The position numbers were made by a program, and so were the translations under genes. The notes below the pieces were generated by a model. That model made no database searches. It saw nothing but the letters and a program-made list of their open reading frames with translations, and was not told the DNA's origin. Of a DNA stretch of 32,657 nt, positions 23,517-32,657 are shown one piece after another; within the stretch, counting starts at the first letter, position 1, and each line of letters opens with the position of its first letter. This DNA is from Macrostomum lignano (Eukaryota): contig NIVC01004874.1 in the NCBI GenBank assembly GCA_002269645.1, positions 1 through 32,657 of the forward strand. Reading direction: 5' to 3'.

Positions 23517-24690
23517 CTTATCGGCACCCCTGACACTCTTGTCGGCACTCCTGACATCCCCTTATCGGCATCCCTGACACCCCCTTATTGGCACCCTGAC
23601 ACTCTTGTCGGCATCCCTGACACCCCCTTATCGGCATCCCTGACACTCCGTTATCGGCACCCCTGACACTCTTGTCGGCACTCCTGACATCCCCTTATTG
23701 GCACCCCTGACACTCTTGTCGGCATCCTTGAGACCACTTATCGGCACTCCTGACTATCGGCACTCCTGACATCCCCATATCGGCACTCCTGACACCCCCT
23801 TATCGGCACTCCTGCATGACACCCCATATCGGCACTCCTGACACCCCTTATCGGCACTCCTGACACCCCCATATCAGCACTCCTGACACCCTCTTATCGG
23901 CACTCCTGACACCCCTTATCGGCACTCCTGACACCCCTTATCGGCACTCCTGGCACCCCTTATCGGCACTCCTGACACCCCTTATCGGCACTCCTGACAC
24001 CCCTTATCGGCACTCCTGACACCCCTTATCGGCACTCCTGACACCCCCATTTTCGGCACTCCTGACACCCCCATATCGGCACCCCTGACACCCATTTTCG
24101 GCACTCCTGACACCCCCATATCGGCACTCCTGACACCCCTTATCGGCACTCCTGACACCCCTTATCGGCACTCCTGACACCCATTTTCGGCACTCCTGAC
24201 ACCCCCATATCGGCACTCCTGACACCCCTTATCGGCACTCCTGACACCCCCATATCGGCACTCCTGACACCCCTTATCGGCACTCCTGACACCCCTTATC
24301 GGCACTCCTGACACCCCTTATCGGCACTCCTGACACCCCTATATCGGCACTCCTGACACCCCCATATCGGCACTCCTGACACCCCTTATCGGCACCCCTG
24401 ACACCCCCATATCGGCACTCCTGACACCCCTTATCGGCACTCCTGACACCCATTTTCGGCACTCCTGACACCCCCATATCGGCACTCCTGACACCCCTTA
24501 TCGGCACTCCTGACACCCCCATATCGGCACTCCTGACACCCCCATATCGGCACTCCTGACACCCCCTTATCGGCACTCCTGACACCCCCTTATCGGCACT
24601 CCTGACACCCATTTTCGGCACTCCTGACACCCATTTTCGGCACTCCTGACACCCCCATATCGGCACTCCTGACACCCCCATATCGGCACC
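23517..24690. repeat. 19-21 bp minisatellite ATCGGCACTCCTGACACCCC(T/C/A)
   Basis: Visible tandem units with variable C-run. Confidence 0.96.
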
Positions 24691-25633
24691 CGGACACTAA
24701 AGATTTTAGGCCTTTGACGGGGCAACAGTCTTCTGGTAAGTCCGGAATCACTTGATGCTGAGGGAGAGATTTGTAGTCCCACTAGAAATTTTAGAGAAAC
24801 GGATCATCAGGATAAATCCTGATAAGGATTAGACGCGATATACAAGCAATAAAAGAAACATTTCCCATGCAATTAAGCCAGGGCTGTAAAAGCAGAGAAT
24901 CATATTTCTCTTGCATATATGGCAGCGGAATATTTCTTATCCATCTGTAATATGAGGATCTGATCATGAGCTGTATGCAGGGGTCGAATCCCATTTTCCG
25001 GCATTTTATTATGCACGCCCTCTGCATCCGAGGGAGCTCCCCCCACTTCATGTATTTTTCGAGGAGCTGACATAATGATTTGCAATGCAAAATGATGGAG
25101 AAGCCAAAGAATCAGAGACAGGCATCTCAGACAGATCGAGTGGTTTCCCAGTATCAGTTTCCACAGATGAATTATTTTGTGTGTGGCTGCATGCCTCACG
25201 TGGTGCTCGAATTCAGTTATTCGAGTCTGGGTGGCTCATGACTGGGGGCGTCAGGGGTGCGGATAAGGAAGCATGGACAAAAGCATCAGGCAGGGATTCA
25301 ACTGGACATCCTGCTGTCCCCCCTACGTGGAGCAGAGCATCATAAAAGATGCTTTTCCTGACTAAATCCGGTAATAGACGAATATCGTAAAACAATATAA
25401 TAGCACTAATTTGAATGGCTCTATTTGCTTTTAGAACAAAATTTTGCCTTTTAAAGGCTAAAAGGGTAAGCGTGTTGAAGGGTATAGACTCAATCCCATA
25501 ATCCTTTTAGTTCTGCTATTCAAAATCCCTAATTGAGACGTCATATTTGAATCAGAAATCTTAAATTTCTCCGCTTAGTTTAAATAGAGAGGTACATTTT
25601 CTCAACAGACTACTGACGATAGTAGTCTGTAGC

Positions 25634-25998
25634 TTTTTTATTAGAAGCAAGGCCGGGGCTGTGAACTTTAAGTGACATTGTCACACAACTGGCGAGAGGC
25701 ATTGCTGCCCATTCCACCGACTCCCCTGAGCAGGCACACAAGCGCGCGGATACGTACGCAGTCATACGCACAGGCACACACTCACACAGGAGTGTACAGC
25801 GCGGCCATAACTTTATTTGTCGTTAGTCATGTACACATCACTTTGCTTTGGGGGTTGGACCTCAAGGCCGTTAATTGCACGAGCAGAGCCAAGCTGAGAT
25901 TCCAATTTAGATCCAAATTAATGTGACTGCACTTGGAATCGAGCCTGGGCCGCTGGCACATCAGAGCGCAGCGCTTTATTACTGAGCTATGGGGCCCC
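25634..25998 (-). mobile_element. tRNA-derived SINE, family A (copy 1)
   Basis: Reverse complement begins GGGGCCCCATAGCTCAGT (A-box-like) and GGCTCGATTCC (B-box-like), and ends in an A-rich tail. Homologous over about 320 bp to 32076-32395. Confidence 0.78.
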
Positions 25999-26601
25999 TA
26001 TTAGTCAGTAGTAGTGTACTAAACATTTTACGACTATCTTTTTGAAAAATACTGAAATAACTAACAAGATGGGGGTTGCCGCAGCTGATGGGAAGTTTTG
26101 TCAAAAAATCGTTGAAATGTCTTGAATGTCACGCTGCCAGTTAGTAGTATGCTTGCTTCTTCATAGTTAAAACAAATTCCATTCTCTCCTTTCTTCGGCC
26201 ATGCAGTGTCGGTAGAATGATCTTTTATAAAATACCCGCTGACTCACACACACGGTGAAACTTGCATGCATTTATTAGTCATGCAAAATTTGTAGTTTTT
26301 TTACGATATCCGCATGTGCGGTCAGGTGATATAGATAATAGGGTTCTAGTCCGTTATCCTTCCCATTGCATAGCTGGGGCTGTAAAAAAAGTCATTTCGT
26401 CTCGGTTCAGGGACCCCTGGACTGTAACCCCTGGCCATTCCATGGGATGACGCTATACATAGGACAGATGGGGGGCCTGATAAGCGTCAATGCGTTACTT
26501 CAGCCGTTTAAAATTTGCACATTGTCTGTTATTTTTCTGCGTAATGTCACATTATGCTACAATTTCAAGTACATCGAATATTGTATTTATACAGTTGTAA
26601 A

Positions 26602-26912
26602 GGGGCTGTAGCCTAGTGGTTAGAACGTCGGACTTACGACTTGAAGGTCGGGGTTCGATTCCAAATCCCACTGGAACAATTTGTGTCCTTGAGCAAGACA
26701 CTTAACTCTGCATTGCCTCAGCTCACCCAGCTGTAAAATGGGTGCCAGCATTAGCTGGGGTAATTGAGGCTGTGGCGACCCCCACCCAGTCCTTGGACTG
26801 AACAGCCGTACGCAGCCTTCAGATGCTCTGCACAATAGCTGCGGCTGAGCTGTCGGTTGCACATCTGCACATTAGGGCAGGTGTGAAAAGCAATTATTAA
26901 TGTTATTATTAT
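26602..26912 (+). mobile_element. tRNA-derived SINE, family B, with CORE(MIR)-like central domain
   Basis: A box TAGCCTAGTGG (26609-26619), B box GGTTCGATTCC (26652-26662), then GTGTCCTTGAGCAAGACACTTAAC...GCCTCAG...CTGTAAAATGGG. Ends in an ATT-rich tail. Confidence 0.8.
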
Positions 26913-27368
26913 ACTTACTATTATATCATAATGCTAGCTAGCCAAGCTGCTGCTTTTGAACTTAGCGCACTTAAAAATACGAGAATAAATTAATAACACA
27001 CCCGGAATACTAAAAACACGCTGCCTTTCCATTGTATAATATAATATAGCAAAATTATCTTTGAATTTAACTTTAAAGCCAATTAATAGAGCTATAAGAA
27101 AGGCAAGAAATATCAAAACATGAACATTGGGCCTGCCTCCTATCGAAAGCAATAATAATTTTTGTGCTGAAAAAATAAAACCTTCCGATCTCCGTAGAGT
27201 ATTTTTTCGTCAAAAACCAGCCTCATTAACACTTTCCAAGAAACGTCTAGTTTCCCGTCTTTCTACTTGAGTAAGGACTTTAGTATGGTCAAAACTCCAC
27301 TTCGTTCGCAAGTCTAGCATACACTCTAGATGTGGCTCCTCCACTGTGCCGCTGTGCCAGCCTTGCTA

Positions 27369-28594
27369 CCATAGACAAAAAGCTTCGTTCTACTTTGGCA
27401 AGCATTCTTATTTGATCCAGCGTGCAAGGATGCTTTGGAAGTCGCCATATGCGTGCAGAAATGCAAGTGTCTATGGTAAAAGCACCTTGAATTTACATGG
27501 GCACTCCGTGCAGGAATGTCAATCGTGCAAGAATGTAATGCGCAATGTTTCTGTATTTAGCATAATTAACAGCCATAGACTACAAGCATAAACAGAAACC
27601 AGCCATTCGTATATATTTAGCATACGAAACGATTAATTTAGCATACACATAAACATAAAGCTAAACATAAACAAAAGTTAATCAACAAAAGAGTAGGGTG
27701 TATTAGAAAAAATGATTAAACAATTAAAATTCAACAAACAAAATGAACCGAATTTGATAAGCACAAGAGTTATTTTAATTACCTTGACAGCAAATGAGAC
27801 ACAATATCTCACTCAAACACAAATTAGACGATGTAGCGTAGAAGTATCGTAAGAAGCGTGCCAACTCCTCAGGCAGACAAGACGCCAGATCCAGCTTCAG
27901 ATTGTGCAAGGCCACAAAGTTCTCAAATCGTCGCTCGGCGGCTATTTCTTTGGCTACAGACGATGTGCATTGATTCTGGCGCTCCAACTCAATGGCCTGC
28001 TGCTCTAGCTCATCCAGGCCTAGCATGGCTGGATCCAAATTCAACAGTTCCGTGACGAAGGCATCCATATCTCCTTCGAGAATGTCACTTATCCAACTGC
28101 TCTCTCGTTCTAGATTGCTTTCAATTGCAATCAATTGCCGCAACGCTAACAGCTTCCGTCGACAGACCTTCCACCTCAACAAATCGCATAAGATAAGATA
28201 TATCTCTTCTTTCCATCGTGCAAGAACTTCAGACTAGCTCGCGCATAGTTTGTCTATGGTTCAAGTCTTTCCTAGAATTCTTTCCTATTGGCTCGTGACT
28301 GCCATAGACAAAGTATTTTTCGTCTCGTTTTCGCTTTCGTTCGCCTCTAAAAGGTCTGTCCCAGCATAGTTCGAGCTCGCATCAAAATATGCTTTCAGCC
28401 AATAGGAAAGAACGGGGGGGAAAGGGATGTTACAAGTGAAAATCGAGCGAGATAAAAATAACTGGCTCAGATTAGCACTCCATTCTATTCTTTCCTCCAT
28501 GTCCACACCCCCAGCTCCACCCTTGTCTACTTTAGCCACACATGTTGGATCAAATAAGAATGGGAATCAAGCACTTTGACTTGTGCGTCTATGG
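27369..28594. mobile_element. Putative non-autonomous Crypton-like (tyrosine recombinase) element
   Basis: 17-bp perfect inverted repeat CATTCTTATTTGATCCA (27403-27419 and 28546-28562), six CCATAGAC/GTCTATGG sites, and an internal DUF3504/Crypton-like N-terminal coding fragment. Confidence 0.5.
27830..28068 (-). pseudogene. Truncated Crypton/DUF3504 (KCTD1/ZMYM/QRICH1-related) recombinase N-terminal fragment
   Basis: MDAFVTELL...LERQNQCTSSVAKEIAAERRFENFVALHNLKLDLASCLPEELARFLRYFYATS resembles the recalled N..T..A.R.F..F.....DL.....EEL...L..FY pattern. No catalytic R-H-R-H-Y region follows. Confidence 0.55.
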
Positions 28595-29192
28595 CAAAAA
28601 CCCTCGTGCGCTCAGCCATTGACGCACTCGTCAGCGTGCTAGATACCTCCATTTCAATGCGTGCAGCCCCCAAATGTGGTACAAACGGCGATATTTCGTC
28701 TTTGCCGTGTCTTCCAATCCAGGCATCAAAAAAGAAAGATCGTCCCTTACCGGTTTTCGTGCGCGTGCACACTTTGAAAATAGCAAGCGGCCATAGGTCT
28801 TACTACAGAACCTCGTTCTCCTCTCCCATCCGAAAGCCTGACCATGTACGCCCGAAGCCGAAGAACGGAACGGAAGGAAAATGATGGTATTCGGTATTCG
28901 GTCCGAAAACCCCAACTCCCAGGTTTTGTTCAGAGCGGAGGGAATTCTGCGGGCAGCCGGCCCTTGACTTTACCGCCCAGGAGGGATGGGGTCGGTAGGT
29001 GTGCCATCGATCGGTCTTGCGCTGGGCTGGTCCACCCGCCAGGGTCTGCGGGTCAGGGCTGAGGGCGATGGATAAAGCTGAGGGGTAGAGGGGAATGGTT
29101 GTTCTAGACAGGATCGTTCAGACAGGATCTGCTTCTTTGCTGAAAGCTGCGCTCTACAGAAGACGGCACAGGCATTTACTCCCAAGCCGCTG

Positions 29193-30120
29193 ATGACAGA
29201 GAAGTCCGTCAGCTTGTCACTGACTGGCGGCCCGCCATGGGGCTTCCGGCTTCGAGGCGGCCCGGCAGCGGGCGGCCTCCGGGTCAGCCGGGTGCGGAGA
29301 CGCAGCCCAGCCACCGCGGGCGGCCTTCGCGAGGGCGACCAGCTAATCAGCGTCAACTCCATGCCGGTGTCAGGTCGAACCTACGCCTTCGTGATGGAGT
29401 TCGCCGAACGGCAGCGCGTGCTCGACGTTGAGGTTCGGCGTCTGGTCGGTCCGGAAGGCACTTTGCTGGCCGCCGCGGCCACCTGGGCCTCCGAGGAGGA
29501 CGACGAAGACGAGGACGCGATGATGGCGCTGGCAGCTGCAGCCGAGCCGGCTCCGGAGCCGCCGCTGCAGGAGCTGCAGGTCGCCGAGCTCCAGCTGGCG
29601 CCGTCTCTGCCGCCGCCAACTCAGCCGCCGTTGAGCTTCGACGAGGACACAGTGATCCCGGCTGACCCCGACATCCGGCCGGTGACCTTCAGCAAGCTGA
29701 TCACCGAGGCGGAGCCGGAGCCAACGCCGCCACGCTCGCCGGTGAGAAAGTACGCCGATTCCGCTTATTTCGACGCCACCGATTCGAGCTATCCGACAGT
29801 GGAGGAGCAGAAGGAGATGGCCAGGCGCGTCGCCGAGACCCTCACCGATACGCGCAACCGCGGCAGCCGCGGCGCCAGCATGTTCGAGAAGCGGCGCGAG
29901 AGAGCCGCCAAGTACACGCTGGAAGGACCCGAGCCGGGCGACGAGGAGCTCCTGGGTGCCGCAGCCGGAGTCGCCGGCAGCAGTCATCAGCAGTTTGACG
30001 CCGCCATGGTGGACACCTCGGTGAGCAGCCCGATCGATGAGGGCGGCACCGTCCGAGTGCCGTTGCCGCAGATGTCCGCGCCTCCGCCCGCGCCGCCACC
30101 GCCGCCGCCTCCTCCGCCGA

Positions 30121-30161
<41 letters not shown>

Positions 30162-30590
30162 AAAACGGTGGCCGAATTCGTGGAACGCGAGATGCGCTCG
30201 GCGCCGAAGCTGACCCACCGCGACTACGACCCCAAGAAGGCGTTTGACATCGCCTCGGCGCTGCACTCAAGCTCCGGCAAGGCCGGCCAGATGTTTCAAA
30301 AGCGTCGACAACGGGCGCTGAAGTTTACGACGGAGAGCGAAGGTCAGGTTGAGCCGCCGGCGCCGCAGCTGAAGCCGCTGATGGCTGGCGGCGGGCTGAT
30401 GATGAAGCAACAGCCTGGAGGTGACGTCAGCATGGCGGCCAAAATCCAGCGTCTGCAGAACAGCCTCAGCGGCGGCGGGGCGGTGGGCTGTCCGATCTTT
30501 GATGGCCGGATGAACAAAGTGAAAGTTAATCGTGTTTTCAATTTTGTTTTTGAATTTTGTCGGTATATTTTTGCTTCCAAGCGTACATAA
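29193..30590 (+). CDS. SYNPO2: Synaptopodin-2/myopodin-like protein: N-terminal PDZ, two SYNPO2/myozenin-type KG..MF.KR..R..K[YF] motifs, polyproline tract (3' end may be spliced near 30480-30520)
   Basis: LTGGPPWGFRLRGG...GLREGDQLISVN (PDZ of SYNPO2/ALP-Enigma type). YPTVEEQKEMARRVAETLTDTRNRGSRGASMFEKRRERAAKYTLEG. SGKAGQMFQKRRQRALKFTTES. GC-rich codon usage falls sharply after about 30510. The symbol means family-like, not proven orthology. Confidence 0.8.
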
Positions 30591-31119
30591 CATGATAGAT
30601 ATTGTGTCAGTTCTGTGGAAACATTGAACCCCTTTAATTCGACAAGTTTTTAGCCAATGACCGCTGGCTTTAGGAGGGAAAAAAAGGCAATAAATTATCA
30701 GGCATGTACACTAACTGTGCCTGCCCTCATGTGCGTGAGTGAGTGAGAAATTCGAATTTCTAAACGGATTTTTATTTTTCAATTTGGTTACTTCCTACTA
30801 CTATCAGTAGCACTCGCTTTAATCTGTATCGGAGTGGCTCTGGTGCCTTCAACCAAGTACATCTGGTTCTTTAGCGGCCTGTTTTGGAAATTGAACTTCG
30901 CATCGTCATCGAATTCAAATCGCTTTTTAGTCAATTCGAATTAACGTTTAGACTGTTTTGTTATATTTATTGTTGAAATATAAGAAAAATGTTTACAGAA
31001 GTTCAGCTTTGAAGATTTTCTGACTCAAATTACTTGTCATAATCACTTTATCTATATTTATCTATAGATAACCATCACTTAACATGTTTAATTAGTTAAT
31101 GTATTATGTTCAGTTTCTG

Positions 31120-31277
31120 TTTCTGTTCTGTTCTGTTCAGTTTCTGTTTCTGTTCTGTTTCTGTTCTGTTTCTGTTCTGTTTCTGTTTCTGTTTTGTTTC
31201 TTTTCTGTTTCTGTTCTGTTTCTGTTTCTGTTTCTGTTCTGTTTCTGTTCTGTTTCTGTCCTTTTTGTATTCTGTTT
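31120..31277. repeat. (TTTCTG/TTCTG)n microsatellite
   Basis: Direct. Confidence 0.95.
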
Positions 31278-31935
31278 CTCTTCTAACAGCAAAATTACCA
31301 GTTACCATTCAGCGAAATCTACTACAGAAAGACTCAATCAAAACAAACATATCCACCGTTAGTTTGAGCAGGATGTGCTCAAAATTTATTCATTCAAAGA
31401 GTGACCACAATGAACTGCAGCTGAATTGACACTTATTTATTATCTATACAAAAATATTAAAACTTAAAAATATCATACTTTGTACGGAATACTGGGTTAA
31501 TTTCTTAGACCTGGCTTAGAATCATAGACTGTACTACTAATAGTAAATAGACGCTTTAAAATTAAAATTCCGGTTACTGTTCAATTTTAATTTGTTATCT
31601 TTGCGCGTTTTTTCAAACTGTTGCGCTCTCATCTTACTACTAGCCAGTAGTCCTTGATAAAAGTTAAAATGACTCCTTTGAATTCGCGAGGCTAGAAAAT
31701 GACACTCATTAGTAACTCAATTGCAGGGACGCTACACTGCTCTTGGCAAATCAGTGCAAAAATTACATTTCAATTAAGTTTTCATTGGTTCTGAGGTTTC
31801 AGCCTAAAAATCAAGGCTAAACAGGCTAATACTCAGAAGAGCTCTATTGCTATTGTATTGATATTGAACCATCTACATGTGGCTTAATGTCTGCAAGCTT
31901 ATATTCACTAAAAAACTCTGCATTTCGACTATTGC

Positions 31936-32075
31936 TGGGTTTAGGTTATGGTTTAGGTTATGGTTCAGGTTAGGGTTCAGGTTAGGGTATAGGTTAGGGA
32001 TTAGGTTAGAGTTCAGGTTAGGGTTCAGGTCAAGGTTTAGGTTAGAGTTCAGGTTAGGGTTTAGGTTAAGGTTAA
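31936..32075. repeat. Degenerate telomere-like hexamer array (GGTTAG/GGTTTA/GGTTCA), left part
   Basis: 6-bp periodic TTAGGG variants. Confidence 0.85.
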
Positions 32076-32431
32076 GGGGGCCGTAGCCCAGCGGTAGCGG
32101 CAGCTGCTCTGGTGTGCCAGCGGCCCAGGCTCTATTCCAAGTGCAGCCACATTAATTTGGGGCTGAATTGGAATCTCGGCTTGGCTCGCTTGTGCAATTA
32201 ACGGCCTTGAGAGCCAACCCCCCAAGGCGCCGTGAAGTGTACATGCCTAACGATAATATAAAGTTAGGGCCGCTGTACACTCCTGTGTGAGTGTGTGCCT
32301 GCGTACGTATCCGCGCGCTTGTATGCCTGCTCAGGGGAGTCGGCGGAATGGGCAGTAATGCCTCTCGCCGGTTGTGTGCCTATGTCACTTAAAGTGCGCC
32401 AGGGTGCACACAACCCCCCTGCCTCTAAAAA
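32076..32431 (+). mobile_element. tRNA-derived SINE, family A (copy 2), inserted in the telomere-like array
   Basis: Head GGGGGCCGTAGCCCAGCGGTAG, B-box-like GGCTCTATTCC, A6 tail. Homologous to 25634-25998 in inverted orientation. Confidence 0.8.
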
Positions 32432-32657
32432 AGGGTTTAGGTTAAGGTTTAGGTTAGAGTTCAGGTTAGGGGTTAAGTTGGATTAGGTTTGGGCTTAATT
32501 TAGGGTTTAGGTAAGGGTTTAAGTTAGAGTTTAGGTTAGAGTTTAGGTTAGGGTTAGGTTTAGGGTTTCGGTTAGGTTTGGGTTAGGGTTTTAGGTTAGG
32601 GTTTCGGTTAGGTTTGGGTTTAGGGTTTAGGTTCAGGGTAGGTTTTAGCTTAGGGTT
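32432..32657. repeat. Degenerate telomere-like array, right part (runs off window end)
   Basis: TTAGGG, TTTAGGG and GGTTAG variants. Confidence 0.85.

Noticed and set aside
18732-24782. Many long repeat ORFs on both strands (YFSVTVYLLL, MGEFLRCYRL, MSHRESLC, GVRSADKG)
   Set aside because: All arise from minisatellite periodicity, overlap in several frames, and show no non-repetitive domain.
24700-25400. Possible decayed LINE reverse transcriptase on the minus strand (LCQLLEKYM, GIRPLHTAHDQIL...AAIY)
   Set aside because: The resemblance to RT motifs is weak, spread over different frames, and lacks D(L/F)xKAFD or YADD. BLASTX would be needed to support it.
25609-25633. Hairpin GACTACT-GACGAT-AGTAGTC as a Helitron 3' end
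   Set aside because: The stem is only 7 bp, there is no properly placed CTRR end, and no 5' TC end is identifiable.
26602-26670. tRNA gene
   Set aside because: No complete acceptor stem or clean anticodon arm, and it continues into a SINE body; treated as a SINE head. The same applies to 32076-32145 and 25930-25998.
30519-30590. C-terminal VKVNRVFNFVFEFCRYIFASKRT as the true protein end
   Set aside because: Composition switches abruptly to AT-rich and GT donor candidates exist near 30483 and 30519, so this is probably intron read-through. Unresolved without transcripts.

Overview
Eukaryotic (invertebrate-like) genomic DNA, roughly one third tandem repeats; no prokaryotic features and no CRISPR. 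The style resembles a free-living flatworm such as Macrostomum, but that is only an impression. From left to right: (1) a full-length Ty3/Gypsy LTR retrotransposon (92-5071; TG..CA LTRs, ATAA TSD, tRNA-Leu PBS, PPT) whose frameshifts look largely like homopolymer indel errors; (2) a hAT-like non-autonomous element (5531-7209, 8-bp TSD) carrying a nested, internally deleted Ginger-like integrase transposon (5948-7173); (3) a 2-3 exon PAAT/C10orf88-like gene (about 7889-17704) with satellite-filled introns, which the ORF track does not show as one gene; (4) a run of 12-35 bp minisatellites; (5) three tRNA-derived SINEs of two families; (6) a Crypton/DUF3504-like tyrosine-recombinase fragment inside a cassette with six alternating CCATAGAC sites and a 17-bp inverted repeat; (7) a PDZ + SYNPO2/myozenin-motif + polyproline gene (29193 onward); (8) a degenerate TTAGGG-like array, interrupted by a SINE, running off the window end. 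All protein assignments come from motif recall, not from database searches.
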